Shown here piece after piece: positions 8,566 through 18,023 of a stretch of 22,041 nucleotides of DNA. How positions within the stretch are numbered: the stretch's first letter is position 1; each line of letters begins with the position of its first letter. The stretch lies in assembly GCA_016926735.1 (NCBI GenBank), contig JAFGOA010000113.1, positions 1 to 22,041 of the forward strand, written 5' to 3'. Source of the stretch: Promethearchaeota archaeon. GTDB taxonomy: Archaea; Asgardarchaeota; Lokiarchaeia; Sigyniarchaeales; SOKP01. A program made the position numbers and the translations under genes. Below the pieces are notes generated by a model. It was not told where the DNA came from, searched no databases, and was given only the letters and a program-made list of their open reading frames with translations.

Positions 8566-9681
8566 ATGAATATAGATAATTTAATTAATAAAGACAAATC
8601 AATACCTACTCATGAACATCATGGAGGGGAAATTTACAAGTTAAATTCCACATCTCAAATACTTGATTTTAGTACTAATATTAATTCTTTTTTTCCATAC
8701 CATCTTATTAGACATTCTTATATTGATTCTATACATGAGATCAGTAAATATCCTGATACATATTCTACGGATTTAAGAAGAGAATTAGTAAATTATTTTA
8801 ATAATAAGATTGATCTCAAAAATCTAATTGTTGGAGCGGGATCAATGGATTTAATCTCTATATTTTGTGATACTTTTGTAAATTTAAACGATGAAATTAT
8901 CATCTGCCAACCAACTTTTTCTGAATATTCTTGGGCAGTTAGAAAAAAAAAAGGAAAAATTATAAATGTTTATAGAAAACCATATAATGATTTCGCGATT
9001 AATAGTGATGCTATAATAAATAAAATAACTTCAAGTACTAAAGTAATATTTATTTGTAATCCAAATAATCCAAATGGTTCAATAGATAATCCTCATGAAT
9101 TAAAGAAAATAGTAAAAATAGCATCTGAAAATGATGTTCTTATTTTTTTAGACGAAGCGTTTATCGATTTTACTGGAGAATCAAATTCATTTGTATCATA
9201 TATCAATACTTTCAATAATTTAGTAATATTAAGGACATTCACTAAATTTTTCGGTATTCCTGGCCTTAGGATTGGATATGCTATAAGTTCTTATAATATT
9301 ATAGATCTTCTAAATCAATTTCAAAATCTTTGGTCAGTAAATTCTGTAGCTCAAAATGTTGCAAAAAGCATCCTTAAAATGAAAGATTATATTAGCAGAA
9401 CAATCAATTTCTTTTCTGAAGAAATCAAATTTCTCTCATTTCAATTAAGTCAAATACCCGGTCTAAAAATCTATCCAACTAACTGCAATTTTTTTTTAAT
9501 AAATTTGAGGAAAACAGGTCTAACTGCTTCAAAATTACAAACTTCTCTATTAAAAGATAATATATTAATAAGAAATTGTACTAATTTTGATGGTCTAAAT
9601 GAATATTATGTAAGAATAAACATAAAAACAAGAGATCTAAATTTAAAATTATTAAATTCAATTCGAAAAATAATCAATTAA
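8566..9681 (+). CDS. cobD: L-threonine-O-3-phosphate decarboxylase (PLP-dependent, class I/II aminotransferase fold)
   Basis: N-terminal HGG, DFSTNIN, CNPNNPNG, DEAFIDF, RTFTKFFGIPGLRIGY, IRNCTNFDGL. Confidence 0.88.
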   Translation: MNIDNLINKDKSIPTHEHHGGEIYKLNSTSQILDFSTNINSFFPYHLIRHSYIDSIHEISKYPDTYSTDLRRELVNYFNNKIDLKNLIVGAGSMDLISIFCDTFVNLNDEIIICQPTFSEYSWAVRKKKGKIINVYRKPYNDFAINSDAIINKITSSTKVIFICNPNNPNGSIDNPHELKKIVKIASENDVLIFLDEAFIDFTGESNSFVSYINTFNNLVILRTFTKFFGIPGLRIGYAISSYNIIDLLNQFQNLWSVNSVAQNVAKSILKMKDYISRTINFFSEEIKFLSFQLSQIPGLKIYPTNCNFFLINLRKTGLTASKLQTSLLKDNILIRNCTNFDGLNEYYVRINIKTRDLNLKLLNSIRKIIN

Positions 9682-9695
9682 AAAAAATACTAAAA

Positions 9696-10052
9696 ATGAA
9701 TGAAAAAGCGAATAATTTAATTAATAGAGTTATTAATGAAAAAAAACTCAGAGGAAAAGATAAAAATTGTCATTATTTTCCTTGTCATGATGAAATTGAG
9801 GATTGTTCATTTTGCTATTGTCCCTTTTATCCCTGTAATGATACAAATATGGGGGAATATAAGAAAAAAGGAACATTATGTATCGAGACTATATGGGCTT
9901 GTTCTTCATGTGTATTTAATCACAATAAAAAAAATGCTGAAAAAATTCTTAAAGCTTTAATAAGTTCGAATTGTGAATTTCAACAAATTTCAAAAGAAAA
10001 ATTACAACAAATTCGTAAGGATATTTTAGGTCAAGAGGGTGATCAAATTTAA
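9696..10052 (+). CDS. Cysteine-rich small (zf-like) domain protein associated with cobalamin genes
   Basis: CHYFPCH...DCSFCYCPFYPC...WACSSCVFNH. Confidence 0.85.
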   Translation: MNEKANNLINRVINEKKLRGKDKNCHYFPCHDEIEDCSFCYCPFYPCNDTNMGEYKKKGTLCIETIWACSSCVFNHNKKNAEKILKALISSNCEFQQISKEKLQQIRKDILGQEGDQI

Positions 10053-11565
10053 AGCTAAGGCAAAAACCATAATGGTTCAGGGAACAACTTCACATTCGGG
10101 AAAATCATTTTTAGTAACTGCATTATGCAGAATTTATAGTGATATGGGGTATAAAGTTGCTCCTTTTAAGTCCCAAAATATGTCATTAAATTCCTCTGTT
10201 ACTCAAGATGGATTCGAAATTGCTCGTTCTCAATTTACTCAATCATTAGCAGCAAGAATACGTCCTATGGTAGAATTTAATCCTATTTTACTAAAACCAA
10301 AGGGAAATAAAATATCCCAAATAATTTTAATGGGTAAACCCTATGCTGATACAAATCCTAATCTATATTATCCACACTTTATTCCTAAATTAATTCCGGT
10401 TGTTAAGAAAGCATTTAATAAATTAAAAGAAGAATTTGATATAATAATTATTGAGGGCGCAGGAAGCCCTGCTGAAATTAATTTAATGGATAAAGATATA
10501 GCAAATATGTACATTGCGAAATTAGATAATTCTCCTGTATTATTAATAGCTGATATTGATAGAGGTGGTATTTTTGCTTCAATTTATGGAACTATTAATT
10601 TATTAAAACAAGAAGAGCAAAATTTAATAAAATTTTATGTTATTAACAAATTTAGAGGGGAGATTAAACTACTTGAAAATGGTATTGATAAAATTAATAG
10701 ATTGGTAGGAAAAAAGTGTCTTGGAGTGATACCTTATTTAGATAATCTAAACATCCCTTCAGAAGATTCATTATCTTTAGAAGATCATATTTCTAGAGGA
10801 AATTTAAAAATTAAAGTAATACGATTACCATATATTTCCAATTTTACTGATTTTGAATCACTGCATTGGGAGGATGAAGTAGATATTTCATATATTAAGA
10901 GTCCTAATGAATTAATCGATGCAGATGTTATTATAATCCCTGGAACGAAAAATACAATAGATGATTTAAAATGGATGAAAGAAAATGGTTTTATATCCAA
11001 ATTGAAAAAATTAGAGGAATTAAATTATATAATTTTTGGTATCTGTGGAGGTTATCAAATTCTAGGAAAAACAATTTATGACAAGACTATTGAAGGAACT
11101 TCAGAAAATAAATATAATGGATTAGGTTTATTATCAATTCATACAGAATTTCTTTCATATGATAAAACAACAAGACAAGTTCAAGCTAAAGTTATCAATC
11201 TTCCTTTTTTGAAAGGAAATATTATATCTGGTTATGAAATTCATATGGGTGAAGTGATTATAGAAACTGATGCTATTCCATTTTTAAAATTAGTAAAAAA
11301 AGAGAATCAGAAGAGAAATAACATCTTAGGAGTAATAAATAATAAAGGAAATGTTATTGGAACATTTTTACATGGTTTATGGGATAATGATCTATTTCGA
11401 CATAGATTTATAGATTATATCCTTTCAAAATCAAAAAAAAAAAGAAGTTCTTCTAAAAGAATAATATTTAATGAAATAATTGAAAAAAATATACAAAAAA
11501 TTGCTAATCAAGTAGAAGAAAATATTGATATAAATCAGATTGGTAAATTATTGGGAATTGAGTGA
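10039..11565 (+). CDS. cbiP: Cobyric acid synthase (CbiP/CobQ)
   Basis: GTTSHSGKS, PFKSQNMSLN, EGAGSPAEINL, DIDRGG, ISNFTD, catalytic GICGGYQ and GTFLHG. Confidence 0.96.
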   Translation: MIKFKAKAKTIMVQGTTSHSGKSFLVTALCRIYSDMGYKVAPFKSQNMSLNSSVTQDGFEIARSQFTQSLAARIRPMVEFNPILLKPKGNKISQIILMGKPYADTNPNLYYPHFIPKLIPVVKKAFNKLKEEFDIIIIEGAGSPAEINLMDKDIANMYIAKLDNSPVLLIADIDRGGIFASIYGTINLLKQEEQNLIKFYVINKFRGEIKLLENGIDKINRLVGKKCLGVIPYLDNLNIPSEDSLSLEDHISRGNLKIKVIRLPYISNFTDFESLHWEDEVDISYIKSPNELIDADVIIIPGTKNTIDDLKWMKENGFISKLKKLEELNYIIFGICGGYQILGKTIYDKTIEGTSENKYNGLGLLSIHTEFLSYDKTTRQVQAKVINLPFLKGNIISGYEIHMGEVIIETDAIPFLKLVKKENQKRNNILGVINNKGNVIGTFLHGLWDNDLFRHRFIDYILSKSKKKRSSSKRIIFNEIIEKNIQKIANQVEENIDINQIGKLLGIE

Positions 11566-12641
11566 TTTCTTTGATTTGTGAATTTTACTATCAAAATTAC
11601 ATATTAATTACTATTTTAACACTAATATTTGCATTAGGATTAGATTTAATTATTGGAGATTATAAATCAAAGTACCATCCTGTTAATATAATTGGTTTAT
11701 CAATCAATTTATTGAAAACCAGACTTAGATTAAAAAAGTCAAAATTGAATAAATTGATTGGAATAATATTACTCGTCTCCCTAATCTTTCTTTTTTGTAT
11801 TCCAATCCTTCTTTTTCAAGCTATAATATATAAATCAATGACTTTTTTATTATTAGGTGAAATCCAAGATCTATTACTTATTATTATCATTTCTCTGGTT
11901 ATGGGATTTATTTTAAAATGGTCATTTGCTTTGAAATCATTAGGAGTAGCAACAAAACCAATTAAAATCGCTTTATTAAATAATGATATAGAAAAAGCAA
12001 AATATCACCTATCTTTTATTGTGAGGAGAAATTGTAAAGACCTTAACAGCTCATTAATTATATCTGCAACTGTAGAATGTATAGCTGAAAGTATCACTGA
12101 TGGTATTACAAGTGTTCTATGGTTCTATTTTATTGGAACAAATTTAGGTTTAATTATATTTACCTATTTTCATCAATCTTTTCTATGGTTATTATTCGGT
12201 ATTACTTTTGCTTATCTTTATAGGATTATTAATACTGCAGATAGTATTGTGGGCTATAAAGATCAGGAACATAGAGATATTGGTTGGTTTTCAGCAAGAA
12301 TGGATGATATTGCTAATTATGTTCCTACAAGGGTTATTATCATGTTTATTTTATTAGCGGGGGTAATATTGAAAAAAGATAAAAAAAATGCATTGAAAAT
12401 AATCAGAAATGATAAATATAATACAGAAAGTATTAATGCTGGGTGGACAATGTCAACAATGGCTGGATTATTAAATGTTCAACTTGAGAAAATTGATAAT
12501 TATAAGCTAGGAATTCCAATCCGTTCATTACAGCCATATGATATAACCATTGCTTATAAAATATTTAAATTGACCGTCTTTATATTTACCTTATTTTTGC
12601 TATTTTTATTCATAATTATCTGGATTATTATTTTTCTGTAA
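11562..12641 (+). CDS. cbiB: Adenosylcobinamide-phosphate synthase
   Basis: HPV, VECIAESITDG, YRIINTADSIVGYK, ARMDDIANYVPTR, SINAGW. Membrane protein with 4-nt overlap with cbiP. Confidence 0.92.
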   Translation: MISLICEFYYQNYILITILTLIFALGLDLIIGDYKSKYHPVNIIGLSINLLKTRLRLKKSKLNKLIGIILLVSLIFLFCIPILLFQAIIYKSMTFLLLGEIQDLLLIIIISLVMGFILKWSFALKSLGVATKPIKIALLNNDIEKAKYHLSFIVRRNCKDLNSSLIISATVECIAESITDGITSVLWFYFIGTNLGLIIFTYFHQSFLWLLFGITFAYLYRIINTADSIVGYKDQEHRDIGWFSARMDDIANYVPTRVIIMFILLAGVILKKDKKNALKIIRNDKYNTESINAGWTMSTMAGLLNVQLEKIDNYKLGIPIRSLQPYDITIAYKIFKLTVFIFTLFLLFLFIIIWIIIFL

Positions 12642-12659
12642 AGTAAGATGTGGATATAG

Positions 12660-13352
12660 ATGCTAGAGAATATGACAAATATTGAAAATATTATTATTGT
12701 AAATGACGGAAAAAATATCGTTATTAAATCAGAGTATGAGTTAGAATGCCTAAGTAATGCTGCTGTTAATGGGGGTCGTATAAGAACAAAATTTATAATT
12801 AATCATGAAATACCATTGAACTTCAATAAAAAAAATCTTTTAAAAGAAATAAAACCTATTAAAAAGGAATATAATTTATCAGATTCAACGATTGGATTGT
12901 TTACAGCGGTAAAAATGAAAAATGCTGTGTTTTTTAATGATAATTTAGACAATATTAATTATACATTAATTATTACGGCTGGATTAACTAATGCTAATAT
13001 TCCACTTTTTAGTAATATTGAAAATCAAAAAGATAAAATTACTGAATTTTCTCCTGGAACGATTAATATTATATTATTAGTGGATAGTCAACTCTCTGAA
13101 CATGCCTTAGTTAATTTATTCATTATAATTACTGAAATTAAAACATATTTTATTAATCTCTCTAATATAAAAACAAGCCAAGGATTAATAGCAACCGGAA
13201 CATCAACAGATACAATAGTTGTAGGATTTACAAATAAAGGTCACTCAATTGAATGGTCTGGATCTGCAACTAAATTTGGAAAAACGGTTGGGACTACTGT
13301 TCTTAAATTATTAGAACGTGCATTAAAGAAATGGGCGTATGATTTAAATTGA
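12660..13352 (+). CDS. cbiZ: Adenosylcobinamide amidohydrolase
   Basis: LSNAAVNGG, GLFTAV, TAGLTN, PGTINIILL, ATGTSTDTIVV. Confidence 0.9.
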   Translation: MLENMTNIENIIIVNDGKNIVIKSEYELECLSNAAVNGGRIRTKFIINHEIPLNFNKKNLLKEIKPIKKEYNLSDSTIGLFTAVKMKNAVFFNDNLDNINYTLIITAGLTNANIPLFSNIENQKDKITEFSPGTINIILLVDSQLSEHALVNLFIIITEIKTYFINLSNIKTSQGLIATGTSTDTIVVGFTNKGHSIEWSGSATKFGKTVGTTVLKLLERALKKWAYDLN

Positions 13353-14200
13353 AATTTATAAAAGATATAAGAAATTGCCTTTCGTTTCTAACTCGTTTTT
13401 CTATAAAAGCAAAAATTGATTTATTTGAAGATGTAGCTCCTAAAATTTGGATATTTCCTATTATTGGGATGATTTTAGGTTTTTTTTCAAGTTTTATTAA
13501 TATGATTCTCTCGATTTATCTACCAATCTTACTTACTGGATTTCTTACTCTTGGAATTCTATTGTATATAACTGGAGGACATCATACTGATGGATTATTC
13601 GACTTTGGTGATGGAATAATGGCAATAGGAACGTCTAAACGTAAAATAGAGATTATGCATGATAGTGCAATAGGGACTGGAGGAATAATTTTGGGATTTA
13701 CAGTATTAATGTTATCAGGTATCAGTATTTCTTATTCAAACAAGTATATTATATTAATATTAGTATTAAGTGAAATTAGCGCTAAATTTTCTATGGTCAC
13801 TGCTTGTTCTTTGGGAAAATCTGCTAAAACACCAATAGCAGACATTTTTATAAAACTTAACAATAAAAAAAATATGATTTTATCACTTGTGTTTTCATTA
13901 TTTTTAATTCTTTTTTGTATATTCTTTATAAATATCTTTAATGAAATATATAAAAACTCTCAAATTTGTAAATTGCTATTTTCTCAACAAAATAGTGTAT
14001 ATATTTATGATATTATTCAAGTGTTAATTGTAATATTTACTTTTATAATAGGATCTATTTTTCCAATGATTTTTATTTTAAAAATTTCAAATAAAAATTT
14101 TAATGGTCTTACAGGTGATTGTATTGGAGCTTTAAATGATATTACACGATTATTTGTTTTAATTTTAGGATTGTTAATTAATTCTATAGGATATATATAA
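13349..14200 (+). CDS. cobS: Cobalamin(-5'-phosphate) synthase
   Basis: SFLTRF, TGGHHTDGLFDFGDG, IMHDS, GLTGDCIGA. TTG start overlapping the cbiZ stop. Confidence 0.93.
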   Translation: MKFIKDIRNCLSFLTRFSIKAKIDLFEDVAPKIWIFPIIGMILGFFSSFINMILSIYLPILLTGFLTLGILLYITGGHHTDGLFDFGDGIMAIGTSKRKIEIMHDSAIGTGGIILGFTVLMLSGISISYSNKYIILILVLSEISAKFSMVTACSLGKSAKTPIADIFIKLNNKKNMILSLVFSLFLILFCIFFINIFNEIYKNSQICKLLFSQQNSVYIYDIIQVLIVIFTFIIGSIFPMIFILKISNKNFNGLTGDCIGALNDITRLFVLILGLLINSIGYI

Positions 14201-14224
14201 AAATTAAAGAATAATTGAAATAAA

Positions 14225-14875
14225 ATGAAAATACCCGTAGTAATTATGGCAGGAGGAAAAGCAAAAAGATTTGAATTTGATAATATTAAATTAAAATATA
14301 AAGAAAAAATGTTACTTCCTTTTAAGAATAAATATCTTATTGAACATATTATTGATGCGGTATTAAATTCTTATAATGTTAGTAAAGTGTTTATTGCTGT
14401 ATCTCCATATACTTTTCAGACAAAATCTGTTATTGAAAAAAAGAAATATCCTATACATTTAATAAAAACTCCTGGTATAGATTATCATTTTGATCTTAAA
14501 TATATTATAAATGCTCTAAATCTAAATATTATAATGACGATTTCAGCAGACCTTCCCTTAATAAATTCAAAAATAATTGACTTTATAATTGAAAAGTATT
14601 TTATTTTAAAGAAACCCGCTCTTACACTAATGGCAAATATTGAATCATTTAATCAATATGGATTGAAACCGACAACCATTTTTAAAACAAAAAAAAAAGA
14701 GAGAGAGTTAATTCCATTAGGTATTAATATTATTAATGGACAATTGATTGAAAAAAAAAAAATTGAACAGATAACAATTATATCAGATCAAAAAGAATTA
14801 TTGTTCAATATAAACACTATAAGTGATTATTATAAATTATTATCATTTCAAGAAAAAAATAATTCTGAAAAATAA
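14225..14875 (+). CDS. cobY: GTP:adenosylcobinamide-phosphate guanylyltransferase (archaeal type)
   Basis: IMAGGKAKRF, EKMLL, AVSPYT, TPGIDY, SADLP, FNINT. Located after cobS. Confidence 0.85.
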   Translation: MKIPVVIMAGGKAKRFEFDNIKLKYKEKMLLPFKNKYLIEHIIDAVLNSYNVSKVFIAVSPYTFQTKSVIEKKKYPIHLIKTPGIDYHFDLKYIINALNLNIIMTISADLPLINSKIIDFIIEKYFILKKPALTLMANIESFNQYGLKPTTIFKTKKKERELIPLGINIINGQLIEKKKIEQITIISDQKELLFNINTISDYYKLLSFQEKNNSEK

Positions 14876-14907
14876 TATTATAATATGTTATTATCGAGGG
14901 AATTTAA

Positions 14908-15483
14908 GTGAATATTTATTTAATAAGGCACACAAAAGTAAAATTATCTAACAATATATGCTATGGACAATCTGATCTTGATTTAGCAGAGAGTTTTAAA
15001 ACGGAAATAGATATAATAAGAAATAAACTTAATTTTTCATCAAATATGAATGTTTATACTAGCCCTCTAAAAAGATGTACAATACTTTCAAAACACTTAA
15101 CAAATGAATTACCAATAATAGATAAACGATTGTTAGAATTAAATTTTGGTAATTGGGAATTGAAAGAGTGGGGATCATTACCAAAATCTGAATTTGACAA
15201 ATGGTTAAAAAATATAAAAGAATATACCATTCCTAATGGCGAATCATATTTAGACTTATATAAGCGATCCAAAAATTTCTTTACAGAAATAATTAAAAAA
15301 GATCATAAAAATATCTACGTGATATCTCATGCCGGAGTAATAAGATCAATATTATCATACATTCTTAAAATTTCATTAGAAAGATCATTTATTATCAATT
15401 TAGATTATGGAAAAATATCTAAAATTATTGTAAATCAAGATAAAAATAGGTATTTATATAATATTAAATATATTAATAAATAA
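14908..15483 (+). CDS. cobC: Histidine-phosphatase family alpha-ribazole/adenosylcobalamin-5'-phosphate phosphatase
   Basis: YLIRHT, CYGQSD, SPLKRC, RLLELNFGNWE, PNGES, SHAGVIR. Last intact gene of the operon. Confidence 0.85.
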   Translation: MNIYLIRHTKVKLSNNICYGQSDLDLAESFKTEIDIIRNKLNFSSNMNVYTSPLKRCTILSKHLTNELPIIDKRLLELNFGNWELKEWGSLPKSEFDKWLKNIKEYTIPNGESYLDLYKRSKNFFTEIIKKDHKNIYVISHAGVIRSILSYILKISLERSFIINLDYGKISKIIVNQDKNRYLYNIKYINK

Positions 15484-15514
15484 GATTCACAATGAAGAAC
15501 AAAACAATAATTAG

Positions 15515-15769
15515 ATTAGCAGTTTTAAGGCATTAATTGTTTCTATAAACACCGATTTACTTTCATCTAATTATATTGGAAAAATTTTTTCAGAAGAATT
15601 AGTAATAGAATTTATACAACAAGGTGTTGATGCTTGTGGTAAAAATGGAGAATTTCATACAGTCGTTATTGATGGAGTTATATTTCAAAATCTTATTGAT
15701 ATTATTGAAGGAAATCGATTCTTTAAAAATAATTATTGGGTTCTTGATTATAAACTAAAAAATGATTAA
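15515..15769 (+). pseudogene. C-terminal remnant of a Dph6/DUF71 (diphthine-ammonia ligase-like PP-loop) protein
   Basis: Open frame after TAG 15512-14: ISSFKALIVSINTDLLSSNYIGKIFSEELVIEFIQQGVDACGKNGEFHTVVIDGVIF...KND*. Matches the GxDPCGENGEFHTxVxDGPxF motif. No in-frame ATG and no SGGKDS loop. Confidence 0.75.
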
Positions 15770-15777
15770 AAATAAAT

Positions 15778-16164
15778 TTAACCCGTATATCTTCTCAAAA
15801 ATGAATCAGATACTTTTCGACTTTGCATTGATTCGAATTTTTCTTTCATTCGAGTAGGAGATTCATAAAATGCTTTATTAATTGCTTTTAAAAATTCCAA
15901 TCCATCTCCTGTTATTTTATAAATTCCATAATCATCTCTCTCTATCAATTTTTCTTCTATCAAATGAGTTAAATGATTGGAAACCGCTGTTTTTTTTAAA
16001 TTTATTTTCTTTACAATATTACCATAAGAGAGAGGACCTTTAAGTAAATATATTAATACATTCAATCGTTTTTCATTACCCAAACATTTTAAGATTTTAG
16101 ATATGATTAAAATTGATTCAGAGAGAGAATTAATTAAATCCTCATTAAGATCTCTAAATATCAT
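15778..16164 (-). CDS. ArsR-like winged-helix transcriptional regulator
   Basis: KCLGNEKRLNVLIYL, KTAVSNHLTHL, GIYKITGDG. Confidence 0.85.
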   Translation of the reverse strand: MIFRDLNEDLINSLSESILIISKILKCLGNEKRLNVLIYLLKGPLSYGNIVKKINLKKTAVSNHLTHLIEEKLIERDDYGIYKITGDGLEFLKAINKAFYESPTRMKEKFESMQSRKVSDSFLRRYTG

Positions 16165-16681
16165 TTTTTTTATTCTCCTTTTTTCTTTTTATTGGTATAT
16201 ACCAATCCATGAGAGAATTTGGGTGATCTTCTCCTTTCCATCTATCTGGAGAATATGATTGCATTATATAAGGATATGATTGTTCATAATTTGAATTAGG
16301 TAACCAATCAGAAAAAATAGATTCACATCCTTTTCCCAAATATTTTGTTGTGAAAAAAAGATATTTTGTTTTAGGAAATACTTTATAAAACATATCAAGT
16401 GGAAAAAAATCATAATTCTTTACTTCAATTCCTACAAAAATATGGAATTTTTTTTTTTTTTTATAATCTCCTGGTTCAATATGCACTTCGAATCCAAATT
16501 CTATTCCTGCTTTAGCTTTGTCAAGAAAATCCTTATATTGATTGAATAATTTATAAAATCTTTTCCAAGTATTTCCAATTTCATTATCTGGATCCCAACC
16601 TTTAGCAGAATGAAAAGGATCTCCATAATAAACACATCCTAAAAGTTTATATTCTTTTTCATCAGTTATTATGGGTTCCAA
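16154..16681 (-). CDS. GyrI-like small-molecule binding domain protein
   Basis: KLLGCVYYG, EIGNTWKRF, IFVGIEV, PKTKYLFFT, IFSDWLPNSNYE, DWYIPI. TTG start; overlaps the HTH gene. Confidence 0.8.
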   Translation of the reverse strand: MEPIITDEKEYKLLGCVYYGDPFHSAKGWDPDNEIGNTWKRFYKLFNQYKDFLDKAKAGIEFGFEVHIEPGDYKKKKKFHIFVGIEVKNYDFFPLDMFYKVFPKTKYLFFTTKYLGKGCESIFSDWLPNSNYEQSYPYIMQSYSPDRWKGEDHPNSLMDWYIPIKRKKENKKNDI

Positions 16682-16827
16682 TATAAATCAAACTAATTAT
16701 TCAATTAATTAATTAAATATAGATCTTCTTTGTATTTAAGATTGTTCACTTTTTCTAGGGATATATTCACATAACTTAAATATGTTCTATGATTTCTAGA
16801 ATTCACCAATAGATATAGAAAAGAAAA

Positions 16828-17337
16828 ATGATTGAAAAAGAATATAAAATAAAACCAATTGGATATACCCGAATTGAAGGAGATGATCCAATGAAGGCAG
16901 ATTATTTGATTGAAATTTTAGAACCATATCGATCTGCTTTAAAGGAACTAGATAAATTTAGTCATGTTATGGTTTTTTGGTGGGCTAATGGAAATGATAA
17001 AGAAGACCTTCGTAATCTACAAAAATGGGCAACAACACCTCCATATGGAGAAGATACGCCTGAAACAGGAATTTTTGCAACTAGATCCCCAATACGACCT
17101 AATCCCATTGCTTTAAGTACATGTCAAATATTAGATGTGGATTATGAAAAAGGGATAATTAGAGTTAGTGGATATGATGCATTTGATGATACTCCAATAG
17201 TTGATTTAAAGGCTTATTTTCCGATATCTGATCGCGTAAGGGAGTGTCATATTGCACCATGGTTAAAAGACTGGCCCGAATGGTTAGAAGATGGATTTGA
17301 ATGGTGGCAAAAACAAGAGTTTGCTTTTTCAGATTAG
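16828..17337 (+). CDS. TrmO/TsaA (YaeB) family SAM-binding methyltransferase-like protein
   Basis: IKPIG, FSHVMVFWW, GIFATRSPIRPNPIALS, DAFDDTPIVDLKAY. Confidence 0.88.
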   Translation: MIEKEYKIKPIGYTRIEGDDPMKADYLIEILEPYRSALKELDKFSHVMVFWWANGNDKEDLRNLQKWATTPPYGEDTPETGIFATRSPIRPNPIALSTCQILDVDYEKGIIRVSGYDAFDDTPIVDLKAYFPISDRVRECHIAPWLKDWPEWLEDGFEWWQKQEFAFSD

Positions 17338-17362
17338 GTTAGAACTAATTGCTTTTTTTTTT
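17333..17362 (+). terminator. Short inverted repeat plus T10, candidate terminator
   Basis: ATTAG-N7-CTAAT overlapping the stop codon, followed by T10 (17353-17362). Confidence 0.4.
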
Positions 17363-17451
17363 AATATAAAATATCAAAAAAGAATTTTACCAAATAAAAC
17401 AAAAATCAACAAGTAAAAAAAAAGAATTAATAAAAAATACAAAGTGATAAA

Positions 17452-18000
17452 ATGAATGTGAAAATTCCCAATAGTGGACAATTAGGAAATTTAGTAAAAA
17501 GTATTACGGAAAAAATAAGTGATGAAGTTAGTAATATATTATTTCAAAATTATTCTACGTTATTAAAAGGAAATGAATTAGCAGAATGGGTTTTAAAAAT
17601 GATAAAGAAACTTCAAAACGAAATTGGTCTCAAAGAGACTATTAAAATAATGGAAGAATATGGACGTCAAAGTTGTGGAAAAGGATTTAAAAATACAATA
17701 ACAAACATCAAGAAAAAATCAACATCATTAGAAGATTTTATAAATAAATTGGCAGAACATTATAAAAAAAGTTCTTTCTTTGAATTTATAGATAATAATA
17801 CAATTATTAGTGGACATTATAAATGCTATTGTATGATAAAATCTGCGTCTAAACCAATTGAATCTCAAACATTTTGTCATTTTTGCGTAGGACATAGTAA
17901 AGAATTTTATGAAACAGCCTTAAAAAAACCTATTAAAATAGAAATTATCGAAACAGTAATGTTAGGTGGAGATACTTGTAAATTTAAAATGAATTTCTAA
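17452..18000 (+). CDS. Cys-containing hypothetical protein (V4R/DUF6144-like ligand- or metal-binding fold)
   Basis: GRQSC, KCYC, FCHFCVGH, ETVMLGGDTCKF. Confidence 0.65.
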   Translation: MNVKIPNSGQLGNLVKSITEKISDEVSNILFQNYSTLLKGNELAEWVLKMIKKLQNEIGLKETIKIMEEYGRQSCGKGFKNTITNIKKKSTSLEDFINKLAEHYKKSSFFEFIDNNTIISGHYKCYCMIKSASKPIESQTFCHFCVGHSKEFYETALKKPIKIEIIETVMLGGDTCKFKMNF

Positions 18001-18023
18001 TTTTTTTATATTTAATAATAGAG

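Noticed and set aside
8566-9681. hisC (histidinol-phosphate aminotransferase)
   Set aside because: N-terminal HGG, DFSxNIN and IRNCxNF motifs plus context indicate CobD.
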